DNA of 64,000 nucleotides from Bdellovibrionales bacterium (GTDB lineage Bacteria; Bdellovibrionota; Bdellovibrionia; Bdellovibrionales; UBA1609): NCBI GenBank assembly GCA_965197855.1, contig OZ240230.1, positions 1,259,950 to 1,323,949 of the forward strand, read 5' to 3'. Shown piece by piece: positions 55,040 to 64,000 of this stretch (position 1 is its first letter; each line of letters starts with the position of its first letter). The notes under the pieces were generated by a model. It saw only the letters and a program-made list of their open reading frames with translations, ran no database searches and was not told where the DNA came from. The position numbers and the translations under genes were made by a program.

Positions 55040-55690
55040 ATGCGTTTATTAATTGTTTTAATTTTTATTACTGTGGAATTGATCGGATGCGGAGGTGTTG
55101 GATCAGGAAGAGATGAACGTCGTCGAAGAGACGTTTTTGATCGAGAAGGTGATCTCCCTGATGGAGATGTGGAAGAAGAAATTTCAGATACTGTGGGGGG
55201 TGTAAGTAAAATTCTCAAAAATATTGATAATTATTTGAAAAATTGCCAATCTGAAATTCCTAATATTCCAAGAACTGAGTTAGATGTTGTGTTTGGAGCA
55301 GTGGGATTAGGTGGCTTGAATAAATTTGGCCAAGCCAGAGAATGTTTGGAACAAAGGTTACAAGGTATCACAAAGCAAATTTGTCAGGCTAAAGAAGATG
55401 TTTATACACAGGCTCAAAGATATAGAAATTACGATCAGAGGTATGAGCGTGTTCAAAATGGTATTGATCGAATTGAAGAGCTTCATTTAAGACATCAGGA
55501 GTGGCTATTGGATCAGGCGGATCGTTTTCATGGTAAAGCGGACAGACACGCAGATAGTTCTATAGTTGGTAATGAATATAGGGCTTATGCAGAGATTTTT
55601 GAATCAGAGTCTTATATTAGTTGCCGCAATGATAGATATAGTGATCGATACAGAAGCAGCGGTCGAAATTCTTCTCGAGGATACTACTGA
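55040..55690 (+). CDS. Hypothetical helical lipoprotein
   Basis: LIGC lipobox; paralogous to 56229-56879. Confidence 0.75.
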   Translation: MRLLIVLIFITVELIGCGGVGSGRDERRRRDVFDREGDLPDGDVEEEISDTVGGVSKILKNIDNYLKNCQSEIPNIPRTELDVVFGAVGLGGLNKFGQARECLEQRLQGITKQICQAKEDVYTQAQRYRNYDQRYERVQNGIDRIEELHLRHQEWLLDQADRFHGKADRHADSSIVGNEYRAYAEIFESESYISCRNDRYSDRYRSSGRNSSRGYY

Positions 55691-55787
55691 CTCTTCTATT
55701 AATGCTCTAATCCAGAGAGTCTAGGTGGTTGGTATGCTACTGACTATACACTATACTATAAGATCTTTTTGCACAACTCTTGAAGAT

Positions 55788-55993
55788 TAGAAATTACGAT
55801 CAGAGGTATGAGCGTGTTCAAAATGGTATCGATCGAATTGAAGAGCTTCATTTAAGACATCAGGAGTGGCTATTGGATCAGGCGGATCTCGTTTTCATGA
55901 TAAAGCGGACAGACACGCAGATAGTTCTGTAGAGGGTGGTGAATATAGGGCTTATGCAGAGATTTTTGTATCAGAGTCTTACATAAGTTGCCG
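55788..55993 (+). pseudogene. Near-identical duplicate of the 3' part of 55040-55690, frameshifted
   Basis: Matches 55423-55626 (TAGAAATTACGATCAGAGG...GTTGCCG) with a 2-nt insertion (GGATCTCG vs GGATCG). Confidence 0.9.
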
Positions 55994-56228
55994 AAGTTCT
56001 GATCGATACTCAATTCGGATTTAAAAATTGAGTGGTTCAAGAAACAAGCTATGATAAAGTAAACGAATATTTTGATTTTCTGTTAAATTTTTAAGAAATC
56101 GGGATCTATTTTTATCTTTATTTTTCATTATGTAAATTTTACATCTTTATTTAAAAGGTATATGCAAGCTGTTGATTGTACAGAAGCAATCTGTTACTTT
56201 AAGGCAAAATTTTAAAGGAGCAATCAAT

Positions 56229-56879
56229 ATGAAAAAACTTGGATGGCTTATAGCTATTTTTTTCTCATTAAATGTTTATTCTTATGTTGGTGAAGATTTA
56301 TCAGAAGGTTCTGGCAGTATAGAAGCGTAAATATTAGATACTGTTGGAAGTATTGATCAACTGCTAGAAAATGTTAAAAATTATTTAAATGATTGTCAAT
56401 CTGGTATTTCCAATGTCCCTCATGTTTCTGAAAATGACCTGAACGTTGCTAAAGAACAATCTCTGCTAGCTAGAGAGTGTCTTGAAGAAAAATTGCAGAG
56501 TATAACATATCAAATTTGTCAGGCTCAGGAAGATGTTCGTGCACAAGCTCAATATGTAAATGTTGGCGGACTAAGATATCGGCTTATTCAAAATGGTATA
56601 AAATCCATTAAATATATTCATGTAATATATCAGCATTGGTTACAAGATGAGGCAGATTACTTTCATGGTAGGGCAGATCACCATGATAAAGAAGTACACA
56701 GGTGTGCAGAAAGTTCTTTTTTCGGGCGTATAGAAAGTTTTTTGTTCGAGTATGAAGAACATTCTGAGTTGGGTGATGAATACAGAGCCTATGCAGAAAT
56801 TTTTAAAAAAGAAGGTTATATTGAATGTCCTGATGAAAGTAATAATCAAAACCAAAGTTCTAACTCTGATGCTATTTAA
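56229..56879 (+). pseudogene. Secreted paralog of 55040-55690 with in-frame TAA
   Basis: AAGGAG RBS, MKKLGWLIAIFFSLNVYS signal, TAA at 56328-56330 where the paralog has Glu (EEEISDTVG vs EA*ILDTVG); frame continues into track ORF 56493. Confidence 0.8.
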
Positions 56880-56997
56880 ATAACTCAGGCATCCGGTTTA
56901 GATGAGTTTCTATTTGATAGATAATTGGTAGTACAGTAAAAAATTATAAGAATTTTTTTTCTAGCCATTGCCCAAGAGATGAGCAATGATGAAGTAA

Positions 56998-58350
56998 ATG
57001 AATCACTTTGATTTTCTTGTTATAGGCGGAGGCTCAGGCGGAGTCAGAGCGGCCAGGCGTGCGGCTGGATTGGGCATTAAAACAGCTCTTTTTGAAAAAG
57101 GGGATATGGGTGGAACCTGTGTTCTTAAAGGCTGTATTCCAAAAAAATTGATGTGGTATGGAGCCCGTTTATTAGAAGAAATTGAATTAGCAAAAGAATA
57201 TGGGTGGTCTACTGAACGGCCTCAATTAAATTTTGCTTTTCAGAAAGAAAGGCGAAATAAAGAAGTTCAAAGGCTTTCCTCAATTTATCAAAAATTATTG
57301 GATGATTCCGGAGTTCATACCATAAGTGCAGAAGCTGTCTTTGAAAAAGAAAACGTCATTCGAGCAGGGGACGAGCTCTATACAGCTCCTCATATTCTTA
57401 TTGCTGTGGGAGGTGCACCCTTTAAACCTGCTTTACCTGGGATCGAACATGTGCTTGTTTCTGATGATATTTTCCAATTAGAAAAACAGCCTTCTTCTCT
57501 TTTAGTGGTGGGTGCTGGTTATATTGCCTTGGAATTTGCAGGTATTTTTCAATCTATGGGGACTTCTGTTACACTTCTTTGCAGAAAAGATAAAGTACTA
57601 ACCGTTTTTGATGAAGATGTACGTTCTTTTTTTCAAGAACAGGCGCGAGTTAAAGGGCTTAATATTGTCAATAACTTTGAACCTGTTTCTGTCATTAAAA
57701 ATAAGGATAAGTTGACTTTAAAAAATAAAGAGGGAAAAACTTTTTCTGCAGAACAAGTGCTATTTGCAACAGGGAGGAAAGCTCTTGCAAAATCTTTAAA
57801 TCTCAAGCAAGCTGGTATTCAAACAGACTCCAGTGGAAGCATTAAAGTATCTGACCAATTTGAAACATCCTGCTCCGGAGTTTATGCAGTAGGGGATTGT
57901 AGTAACACTCCTTTTCAATTAACTCCTGTGGCTTTAGCGGAGTCAGAAGTTTTGGTTCAAAATTTATTTGGCAAACAAAAAAATAAAATAGATTATCAGC
58001 ATGTTCCAAGTGCTGTTTTCTCAAATCCCACTATTGCTCAGGTCGGCTGGACAGAAAAACAAGTTTTGGAAAAAGGTTTTGATATTCAGGTTTTTGAATC
58101 TTCTTTTCGTCCATTGAAGTACACCATCAGCCCATCCAAGAAATCAGAGAAAATTTATATGAAAATGATTGTGGATCAAAAAACAGATCAGATTTTGGGT
58201 TGTCATATTGTAGGGGATGATGCTCCTGAAATTATTCAGGGTGTGGCCATTGCCATGGTTGCTGGGGCCACCAAAAGTGATTTTGACCACACTATTGGCC
58301 TTCATCCCTCCAGTGCAGAAGAGCTTTGTACTTTAAGAACTCCTCGCTAA
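56998..58350 (+). CDS. gor: Glutathione-disulfide reductase
   Basis: GGGSGG, GGTCVLKGCIPKK, GAGYIALE, LTPVA, IGLHPSSAEE. Confidence 0.93.
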   Translation: MNHFDFLVIGGGSGGVRAARRAAGLGIKTALFEKGDMGGTCVLKGCIPKKLMWYGARLLEEIELAKEYGWSTERPQLNFAFQKERRNKEVQRLSSIYQKLLDDSGVHTISAEAVFEKENVIRAGDELYTAPHILIAVGGAPFKPALPGIEHVLVSDDIFQLEKQPSSLLVVGAGYIALEFAGIFQSMGTSVTLLCRKDKVLTVFDEDVRSFFQEQARVKGLNIVNNFEPVSVIKNKDKLTLKNKEGKTFSAEQVLFATGRKALAKSLNLKQAGIQTDSSGSIKVSDQFETSCSGVYAVGDCSNTPFQLTPVALAESEVLVQNLFGKQKNKIDYQHVPSAVFSNPTIAQVGWTEKQVLEKGFDIQVFESSFRPLKYTISPSKKSEKIYMKMIVDQKTDQILGCHIVGDDAPEIIQGVAIAMVAGATKSDFDHTIGLHPSSAEELCTLRTPR

Positions 58351-58483
58351 AAGAGTTTCTTATTCTATGATGGAATTCCTTCTACATTTAAAAAAAAAAG
58401 AACGTGTGAAAAATATACACATATTAGGCCACATTATTGATATTTTCACATATTTGTATTATCTTAATGACTCTTATTAACGG

Positions 58484-60058
58484 GTGGTTTTCTTAATGAA
58501 TATGGGTCAAAGGGTTTTTATTGTGTATAGGGCGCTATTAGCGTTTTCAGCTATTGCTGTCACAGCTCAGGCATCTGCTATAGCTCATCAAGTTTTCTTC
58601 TTTCCATCTACAGCAGAGGCAGGGACCAGACAGGGTTTTGTCCGAGTGATTAATCATTCGGATATATCCGGAGAAATCCGTATGACAGCAATCGATGATG
58701 CCGGAATGACAAAAGATCCACTTACACTTTCTATTTCAGCCAATTCTACACAGCACTTTAATTCCACTGATTTGGAAATGGGAAATACCAGCAAAGGTCT
58801 TTCAGGGGGTGTAGGTTCCGGACAGGGAGCTTGGAGGCTGAAGATGGAATCTGATTTAAATATTGAAGTTTTATCCTACATACGAACCACAGATGGTTTT
58901 GTCACCACTATGCATGAAATGGCTCCTGCATTGTCTGCTTCTAATGATGATTTACATAAACAGGCAGTTATTTTTAATCCGGGAAGCAATATGGATCAGG
59001 TGAGTATTTTACGCTTAATCAATACGACAGACAAAACAGCCCAAGTTTCTATTACAGGGGTGGATGATAAGGGTCTTTCTCCAGGAAGTGTGATTAGCTT
59101 ATCTGTTTCAGCAAATTCAACTCGCATGCTCACAGCAGAAGATTTGGAGTCTGGTACGGGGGAAGGTATTTCAAGTGGATCTTTAGGAGATGGAACAGGC
59201 AAATGGCAATTATCAATTGAATCAGATCAGCCGCTCATAGCCATGAGTTTGCTTGAAAGTCCTACAGGTCATATTTCAAACCTTTCAACGATTCCAAAAA
59301 CTTTAGGAGGTGAGGATAATCAATACATTGTACCTCTCTTTCCTTCAGCCTCTGATGATAAAGGACGCCAGGGTTTTCTAAGAGTGATCAATCGTTCAAA
59401 TAGAGAGGCCACTGTATCTATCTCAGCTTTTAACAATACGGACTGGGAATATGACTCACTCACTTTAACTATACCTGCAGGTCAGACACAGCATTTTAAT
59501 TCAGATGATTTGGAATTAGGCAATCCAGGTAAGGGACTCACTGGAAGTACAGGAATAGGAGAGGGTGATTGGCGTTTGGAATTATCCAGTCAACAGGATA
59601 TAAATGTGATGGCTTATGTAAGAACTCCTGGAGGGTTTTTAACATCTACGCATGACTTAGTCTTAGATGATGAGGAGGGGACTTATCATCGTGTGGCTAT
59701 TTTTAATCCGGGAAGCAACACCAATCAGGTCAGTGTGCTAAGAGTGATGAACCTCAATGAAGAAGATGCATATATCGTAGTCAGTGGGATAGATGATACA
59801 GGGATTTCACCTGGAACAGATGTAAGTTTTATGGTTCCGGCAGGAAAGGTTCGAACAATCACAGCACAAGAATTGGAAACTGGAATCAGGGAGTTTTCTG
59901 AATCGGAGTTAGGTTTTGAGGATGAAGCACTGGAAGGAGCTTTGGAAGATGGAACAGGCAAGTGGCAGTTGAATGTACAGTCTAATGTTCCAGTATTGGT
60001 GATGAGTATATTGGAAAACCCCACAGGGCATCTAACAAATCTTTCTACAACTCCATAA
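58484..60058 (+). CDS. Secreted protein of four alternating beta-rich repeat domains
   Basis: A domains RQGF(V/L)RVIN..QHFNSxDLExGNxxKGL; B domains IFNPGSNxxQVSxLR..PTGHxxNLST. Confidence 0.8.
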   Translation: MVFLMNMGQRVFIVYRALLAFSAIAVTAQASAIAHQVFFFPSTAEAGTRQGFVRVINHSDISGEIRMTAIDDAGMTKDPLTLSISANSTQHFNSTDLEMGNTSKGLSGGVGSGQGAWRLKMESDLNIEVLSYIRTTDGFVTTMHEMAPALSASNDDLHKQAVIFNPGSNMDQVSILRLINTTDKTAQVSITGVDDKGLSPGSVISLSVSANSTRMLTAEDLESGTGEGISSGSLGDGTGKWQLSIESDQPLIAMSLLESPTGHISNLSTIPKTLGGEDNQYIVPLFPSASDDKGRQGFLRVINRSNREATVSISAFNNTDWEYDSLTLTIPAGQTQHFNSDDLELGNPGKGLTGSTGIGEGDWRLELSSQQDINVMAYVRTPGGFLTSTHDLVLDDEEGTYHRVAIFNPGSNTNQVSVLRVMNLNEEDAYIVVSGIDDTGISPGTDVSFMVPAGKVRTITAQELETGIREFSESELGFEDEALEGALEDGTGKWQLNVQSNVPVLVMSILENPTGHLTNLSTTP

Positions 60059-60115
60059 TTAAATTGTTTCTCCTTTCTGTGTAAAAAAGAAAACAAGTAG
60101 GAATTATCTACATTA

Positions 60116-63100
60116 TTGGTCTTTTTTGTATTTGATATTGTATCTTTATGGTACAAAACATGGGTTTTATTAGAAATCAAAATTTCTGGTTTATTGCTTA
60201 TGTTAATGCTGGGTCATTTTATTCAATATGTGTTGAGAACTTTCGTTCTCTGTTTGATTATTGTTTATGGTATTTCTTCTCTTTACGCTCAGACGACCAT
60301 TGATGCTGAGCAATTTTGCAATCGAAGTCTTATGGTGCGTTTGGCTGTTCTTGAACAAGTGTCAAGGTCAAGTGCCACCTGTGATCCTGAAACAGAAACT
60401 TATGAAACAAATCTAACAAGCTCTCAACTATCTGGAATTCAAAAGCTTGATCTTCGTGGTGGACTTGAAATTGATGGTGAACATCATTATTACACTCTTA
60501 TTAAACCAGGTGATTTTGATGGGCTGACCGGTGTGAAAACTATATGGTGTGAAGAGTGTTTTTTTGAAGACAAGCTCCTTCAGGTCTTGCCGGATGCACC
60601 ATCCTGGTTTCTTGCACAGCTTGAAACCTTGGGTATTCAAAATATTGATTTACTTGAACTAATGCCGGAAGATTTCTTTAAAGGATTAAGCAATTTAAGA
60701 GCGCTAAGTGTCGAGCGTAACAATATGACTTATGAAGTTCCTCCCGGAAATCCCAATCGTCCTCAAAACACGAGATTAGGAGAATATATCAATCCGGAAG
60801 TTTGGAAGCATTTACCAAACCTGCGCGAGCTTGATATTGGAAGCAATCGTATTTTAACGTTACCTCGTGGTTTTTTCCGCCACCTTAAAAAACTAGAAAT
60901 ACTGGATATGTTTGATATGTGGTACGAATACCATCCTTATGGGTTTGGCTCACAAGCTCTTCCAGCTGGAATCTTTGAAGGCTTAACTAATTTAAAAAAA
61001 CTTGATCTTGGTTATAATGCTCTTGGAGCAGAAGATATTGCTGATGGTCTTTTTGATGGACTGACTTCCATTCAGGAGATTGACTTAAGAAGAAACCCTT
61101 TATTGGAAACACTTCCCCGTGGTGTTCTTAATCTTCCAAGTGGAGTGAGGATATTGACTGATCCAGGAGTCACCTGGCCGGAACAAGATAAACCTACGTT
61201 TTCTATTTTTGCTCATTCTGAATCAGAAACAGAAGGGAATACAGTTTCTTTTATTGTAGACCGTGAAGGAGATACTTCAACCAGTCAGACGGTCAATTTT
61301 AGTGTGACAGAAACAGGGTCTATGTTAACAAGCTCAAACCCCGTTTCAACCACGTTTCGTGGAAATGAGACCAGTAAGTCTATTCATGTATTTACAGAAG
61401 ATGATTCAGTAGATGAGGCAGACAGTACAGTTACAGTCACACTTACAGAAGATGATGCTTATGACATCAGAGTTTCTTCTGCCTCAACAGTTGTTCAAGA
61501 CAATGATACGACTCCAAGCACATCTGGAGGTGGTAACGATGACGGCGGCAGTTCTGGAGGTAGTTCCGGAGGTGGTAATGATGACGGCGGCAGTTCTGGA
61601 GGTGGTTCTTCAGGAGGAGGCTCTGGCGGAGGAGGTGGCGGTGGAAGTAGTAATAAACCTCCAGAAGTCATCCGACCTGCTGTAGATCTGGTATTAAAAG
61701 CAGGAGAGAGTTCAGAAGTGGATGCTACTTATCACCTTCGTGATCCTGAGAGGAGACAATTGACATTTATTGCAGAATGTGAAGATTCTTCAGTGGTAGA
61801 AGTGAGTGTGGAAGATTCAATGGTAACAGTGCAAGCTATGCGCCCTGGCATTACAACAGTGACCATTACAGGAGCTGATTATAGAGATGAAGCAGGCTCA
61901 ATTTCTTTCAACGTTACTGTACATGGAGACAATCAAGTCTTTTTCTTCCCATCCACAGCAGATTCAATGACCAGACAGGGTTTTGTTCGAGTGATCAATC
62001 ATTCTGATGAATCCGGAGAAGTTATGATTACAGCGATTGATGATTCTGGAGTTGAAAAAGATCCCATTACACTTTCTATTTCAGCAAACTCTATAGCTCA
62101 CTTTAACTCGGATGATTTGGAAATGGGCAATGTGGATAAAGGTCTTTCAGGTGGAGTAGATACAGGAGAGGGTGATTGGAGGCTTCAATTGGAGTCTGAT
62201 TTAGTGATTGAGACTTTATCTTATGTCAGAACTACTGATGGCTTTGTAACCACCATGCATGAAGTTGTGCCTTATTCTGATTATGTGAGTAATGAAGAAG
62301 TATCAAAAGAAGATCAGGATTTATATAAACATGTAGTGATTTTTAATCCAGCCAGCAACATGAACCAGGTCAGTATTTTACGTTTAATCAATACGACAGC
62401 AGAAATTGCACAGGTTTCCATTACAGGAGTGGATGATGAGGGGATGTCTCCGGGAAGTGTTGTCAGACTTTCTATTCCGGCAAATTCAGTAAGTATGCTC
62501 ACATCAGAAGATTTAGAATCCGGAACAGGAGAAGGCATTGTAAGCGGAGCTTTAGAAGATGGTGTAATTAAATGGCAGTTGTTTATTGAGTCTGATCAGC
62601 CTTTAATAGCGATGAGTTTACTTGAAAGCCCTACAGGTCATATCTCAAATCTTTCAAGCGTTCCAAGGATTTTGGAGAAAAGTGAAGATGGTGAAGAAGA
62701 AGATAATGATGAAGATAAAACAGACTATCTTGCACCTTTGTTTCCAGCCTCTGCGGATGCAAAAGGAAGACAAGGGTTTTTAAGAGTCATCAATAACTCT
62801 GAAGAAGAAGCTAGTGTTTCTATTACAGCCCATAATAATACGGACTGGGAATATGAGCCTCTGACTTTATCTGTAGGAGCCAATAAGACTCAGCAGTTTA
62901 ACTCGGATGATTTAGAACTAGGAAATATAGAGAAAGGACTGACTGGCAGTACAGGAACAGGGGAAGGAGATTGGCGTTTGGAATTATCCAGTGAACAAGA
63001 TATTAGTGTGCTGGCTTATATTAGAGCACCAGGAGGTTTTTTAACATCAATACATGATTTAGTCGCAGGTTATGAGGAGGGAACTTATCACCGGGTAGCT

Positions 63101-63463
63101 ATTTTTAACCCTGGAAGCAATGAAGCACAGGTGAGTATTCTAAGGGTGATGAATCTGAATGGAGAGCCTGCAGAAGTGGTAATCAGTGGAGTAGATGACT
63201 TAGGAAGTTCACCGGGTACAGATGTGAGTTTTACAGTACCGGCAGGAAAAGTTCGAACAATCAAGGCTAGCGAGTTAGAATCAGGAGAAAGAGAGTTTTC
63301 AGGAACAGAAACAGGATTTGGAGATGAAGCTTTGGAAGGAGCCTTGGGAGATGGAATAGGAAAGTGGCAGTTGACTGTGGAGTCGAATATTCCGGTGAAG
63401 GTGATGAGTGTATTGGAAAACCCCACAGGACATCTGACAAACCTTTCTACGATTCCATATTAA
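60116..63463 (+). CDS. Large secreted adhesin-like protein: LRR, Calx-beta-like, Gly linker, Ig-like, four-domain module (true start probably about 60200)
   Basis: LPRGFFRHLKKLEILD LRRs; TEGNTVSFIVDREG..DDSVDEADSTVTVTL..VQDND; C-terminal half paralogous to 58484-60058. Confidence 0.8.
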   Translation: MVFFVFDIVSLWYKTWVLLEIKISGLLLMLMLGHFIQYVLRTFVLCLIIVYGISSLYAQTTIDAEQFCNRSLMVRLAVLEQVSRSSATCDPETETYETNLTSSQLSGIQKLDLRGGLEIDGEHHYYTLIKPGDFDGLTGVKTIWCEECFFEDKLLQVLPDAPSWFLAQLETLGIQNIDLLELMPEDFFKGLSNLRALSVERNNMTYEVPPGNPNRPQNTRLGEYINPEVWKHLPNLRELDIGSNRILTLPRGFFRHLKKLEILDMFDMWYEYHPYGFGSQALPAGIFEGLTNLKKLDLGYNALGAEDIADGLFDGLTSIQEIDLRRNPLLETLPRGVLNLPSGVRILTDPGVTWPEQDKPTFSIFAHSESETEGNTVSFIVDREGDTSTSQTVNFSVTETGSMLTSSNPVSTTFRGNETSKSIHVFTEDDSVDEADSTVTVTLTEDDAYDIRVSSASTVVQDNDTTPSTSGGGNDDGGSSGGSSGGGNDDGGSSGGGSSGGGSGGGGGGGSSNKPPEVIRPAVDLVLKAGESSEVDATYHLRDPERRQLTFIAECEDSSVVEVSVEDSMVTVQAMRPGITTVTITGADYRDEAGSISFNVTVHGDNQVFFFPSTADSMTRQGFVRVINHSDESGEVMITAIDDSGVEKDPITLSISANSIAHFNSDDLEMGNVDKGLSGGVDTGEGDWRLQLESDLVIETLSYVRTTDGFVTTMHEVVPYSDYVSNEEVSKEDQDLYKHVVIFNPASNMNQVSILRLINTTAEIAQVSITGVDDEGMSPGSVVRLSIPANSVSMLTSEDLESGTGEGIVSGALEDGVIKWQLFIESDQPLIAMSLLESPTGHISNLSSVPRILEKSEDGEEEDNDEDKTDYLAPLFPASADAKGRQGFLRVINNSEEEASVSITAHNNTDWEYEPLTLSVGANKTQQFNSDDLELGNIEKGLTGSTGTGEGDWRLELSSEQDISVLAYIRAPGGFLTSIHDLVAGYEEGTYHRVAIFNPGSNEAQVSILRVMNLNGEPAEVVISGVDDLGSSPGTDVSFTVPAGKVRTIKASELESGEREFSGTETGFGDEALEGALGDGIGKWQLTVESNIPVKVMSVLENPTGHLTNLSTIPY

Positions 63464-63477
63464 AAGGTTCGGAATAT

Positions 63478-63524
63478 TATAACTGGTTGTTTTTATATCA
63501 ATTTTAGATATAACAGCCAGTTAT
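63478..63524. terminator. Long inverted repeat, probable terminator
   Basis: TATAACTGGTTGTT...AACAGCCAGTTATA. Confidence 0.55.
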
Positions 63525-64000
63525 ATGGATATTTCTAAATGGGATAAAAAAAAATCACAAACTTGGTTTGATTTCGTCAGAGCCGTTCAGGACTTCTTTT
63601 TATCCAAAGATTTCTGCCCTATAGAGACCCCTATGCTTGTAAATAGCCCTGGGACAGAATTTCATTTGGAGTTTTTTTCAACGATCAAGAGTATCAATGG
63701 ATCCCAGGAGAAAGTGTGGCTCGCTCCTTCACCGGAAATGCATCTAAAAAAAATATTATGTCGGGGAGGAAGAAATATTTTTGAAATTCATAAATGTTTT
63801 AGAAATAATGAATCAGGGTCTCAGCATCTTAGTGAATTTTATATGTTAGAGTGGTACAGAGCAGATGCTGTATTAGATCAGCTGATTAATGACTTGAGGG
63901 ATTTACTTAAATATCTAAAGAAAAAAAATATTATTTCATTTTCCATTAAACCTTTTAGAATATTTTCTATTTCAGAACTTTTTAAAACTTATTGTGAAGT
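63525..64000 (+). CDS. epmA: EF-P lysine aminoacylase EpmA (partial; runs off window end)
   Basis: Manual translation: IETPMLVNSPGTEFHL, LAPSPEMHLKKIL, CFRNNESGSQHLSEFYMLEWYR. Confidence 0.9.
   Translation, partial: MDISKWDKKKSQTWFDFVRAVQDFFLSKDFCPIETPMLVNSPGTEFHLEFFSTIKSINGSQEKVWLAPSPEMHLKKILCRGGRNIFEIHKCFRNNESGSQHLSEFYMLEWYRADAVLDQLINDLRDLLKYLKKKNIISFSIKPFRIFSISELFKTYCE

Noticed and set aside
61523-61650. Gly/Ser repeat as an independent element
   Set aside because: Low-complexity linker inside the adhesin-like CDS.

Overview
AT-rich bacterial chromosome segment, most consistent with a Bdellovibrionota (Bdellovibrionales/Oligoflexia-like) organism. The taxon is inferred from the membrane-arm-only nuoAHJKLMN cluster and a stand-alone EF-G paralog. 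A host-associated (possibly sponge) lifestyle is inferred from secreted LRR, ankyrin, HEAT and Calx-beta proteins. Core genes (nuo, mfd, fusA, mltG, sua5, dedA, icd, dapF, ung, dppABC, dus, purA, gor, epmA, tRNA-Lys/Glu) alternate with accessory blocks of signal-peptide proteins. Main observations: (1) signal-peptide proteins carrying normally cytoplasmic domains (RNA polymerase alpha-CTD copies, an integrase-type repeat, a bactofilin); (2) a shared single-Cys C-x-x-x-[FL]-S tag at the mature N-terminus or extreme C-terminus of unrelated secreted proteins, suggesting an undescribed effector sorting or delivery system; (3) a defence-like island end (AbiE toxin-antitoxin, GIY-YIG-like protein, AAA-DUF4143) with duplicated ~150-bp att-like ends, a tRNA-3'-like core and short tandem arrays; (4) several pseudogenised or frameshifted secreted genes. 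All family assignments are by motif recognition by eye; no database search was run.
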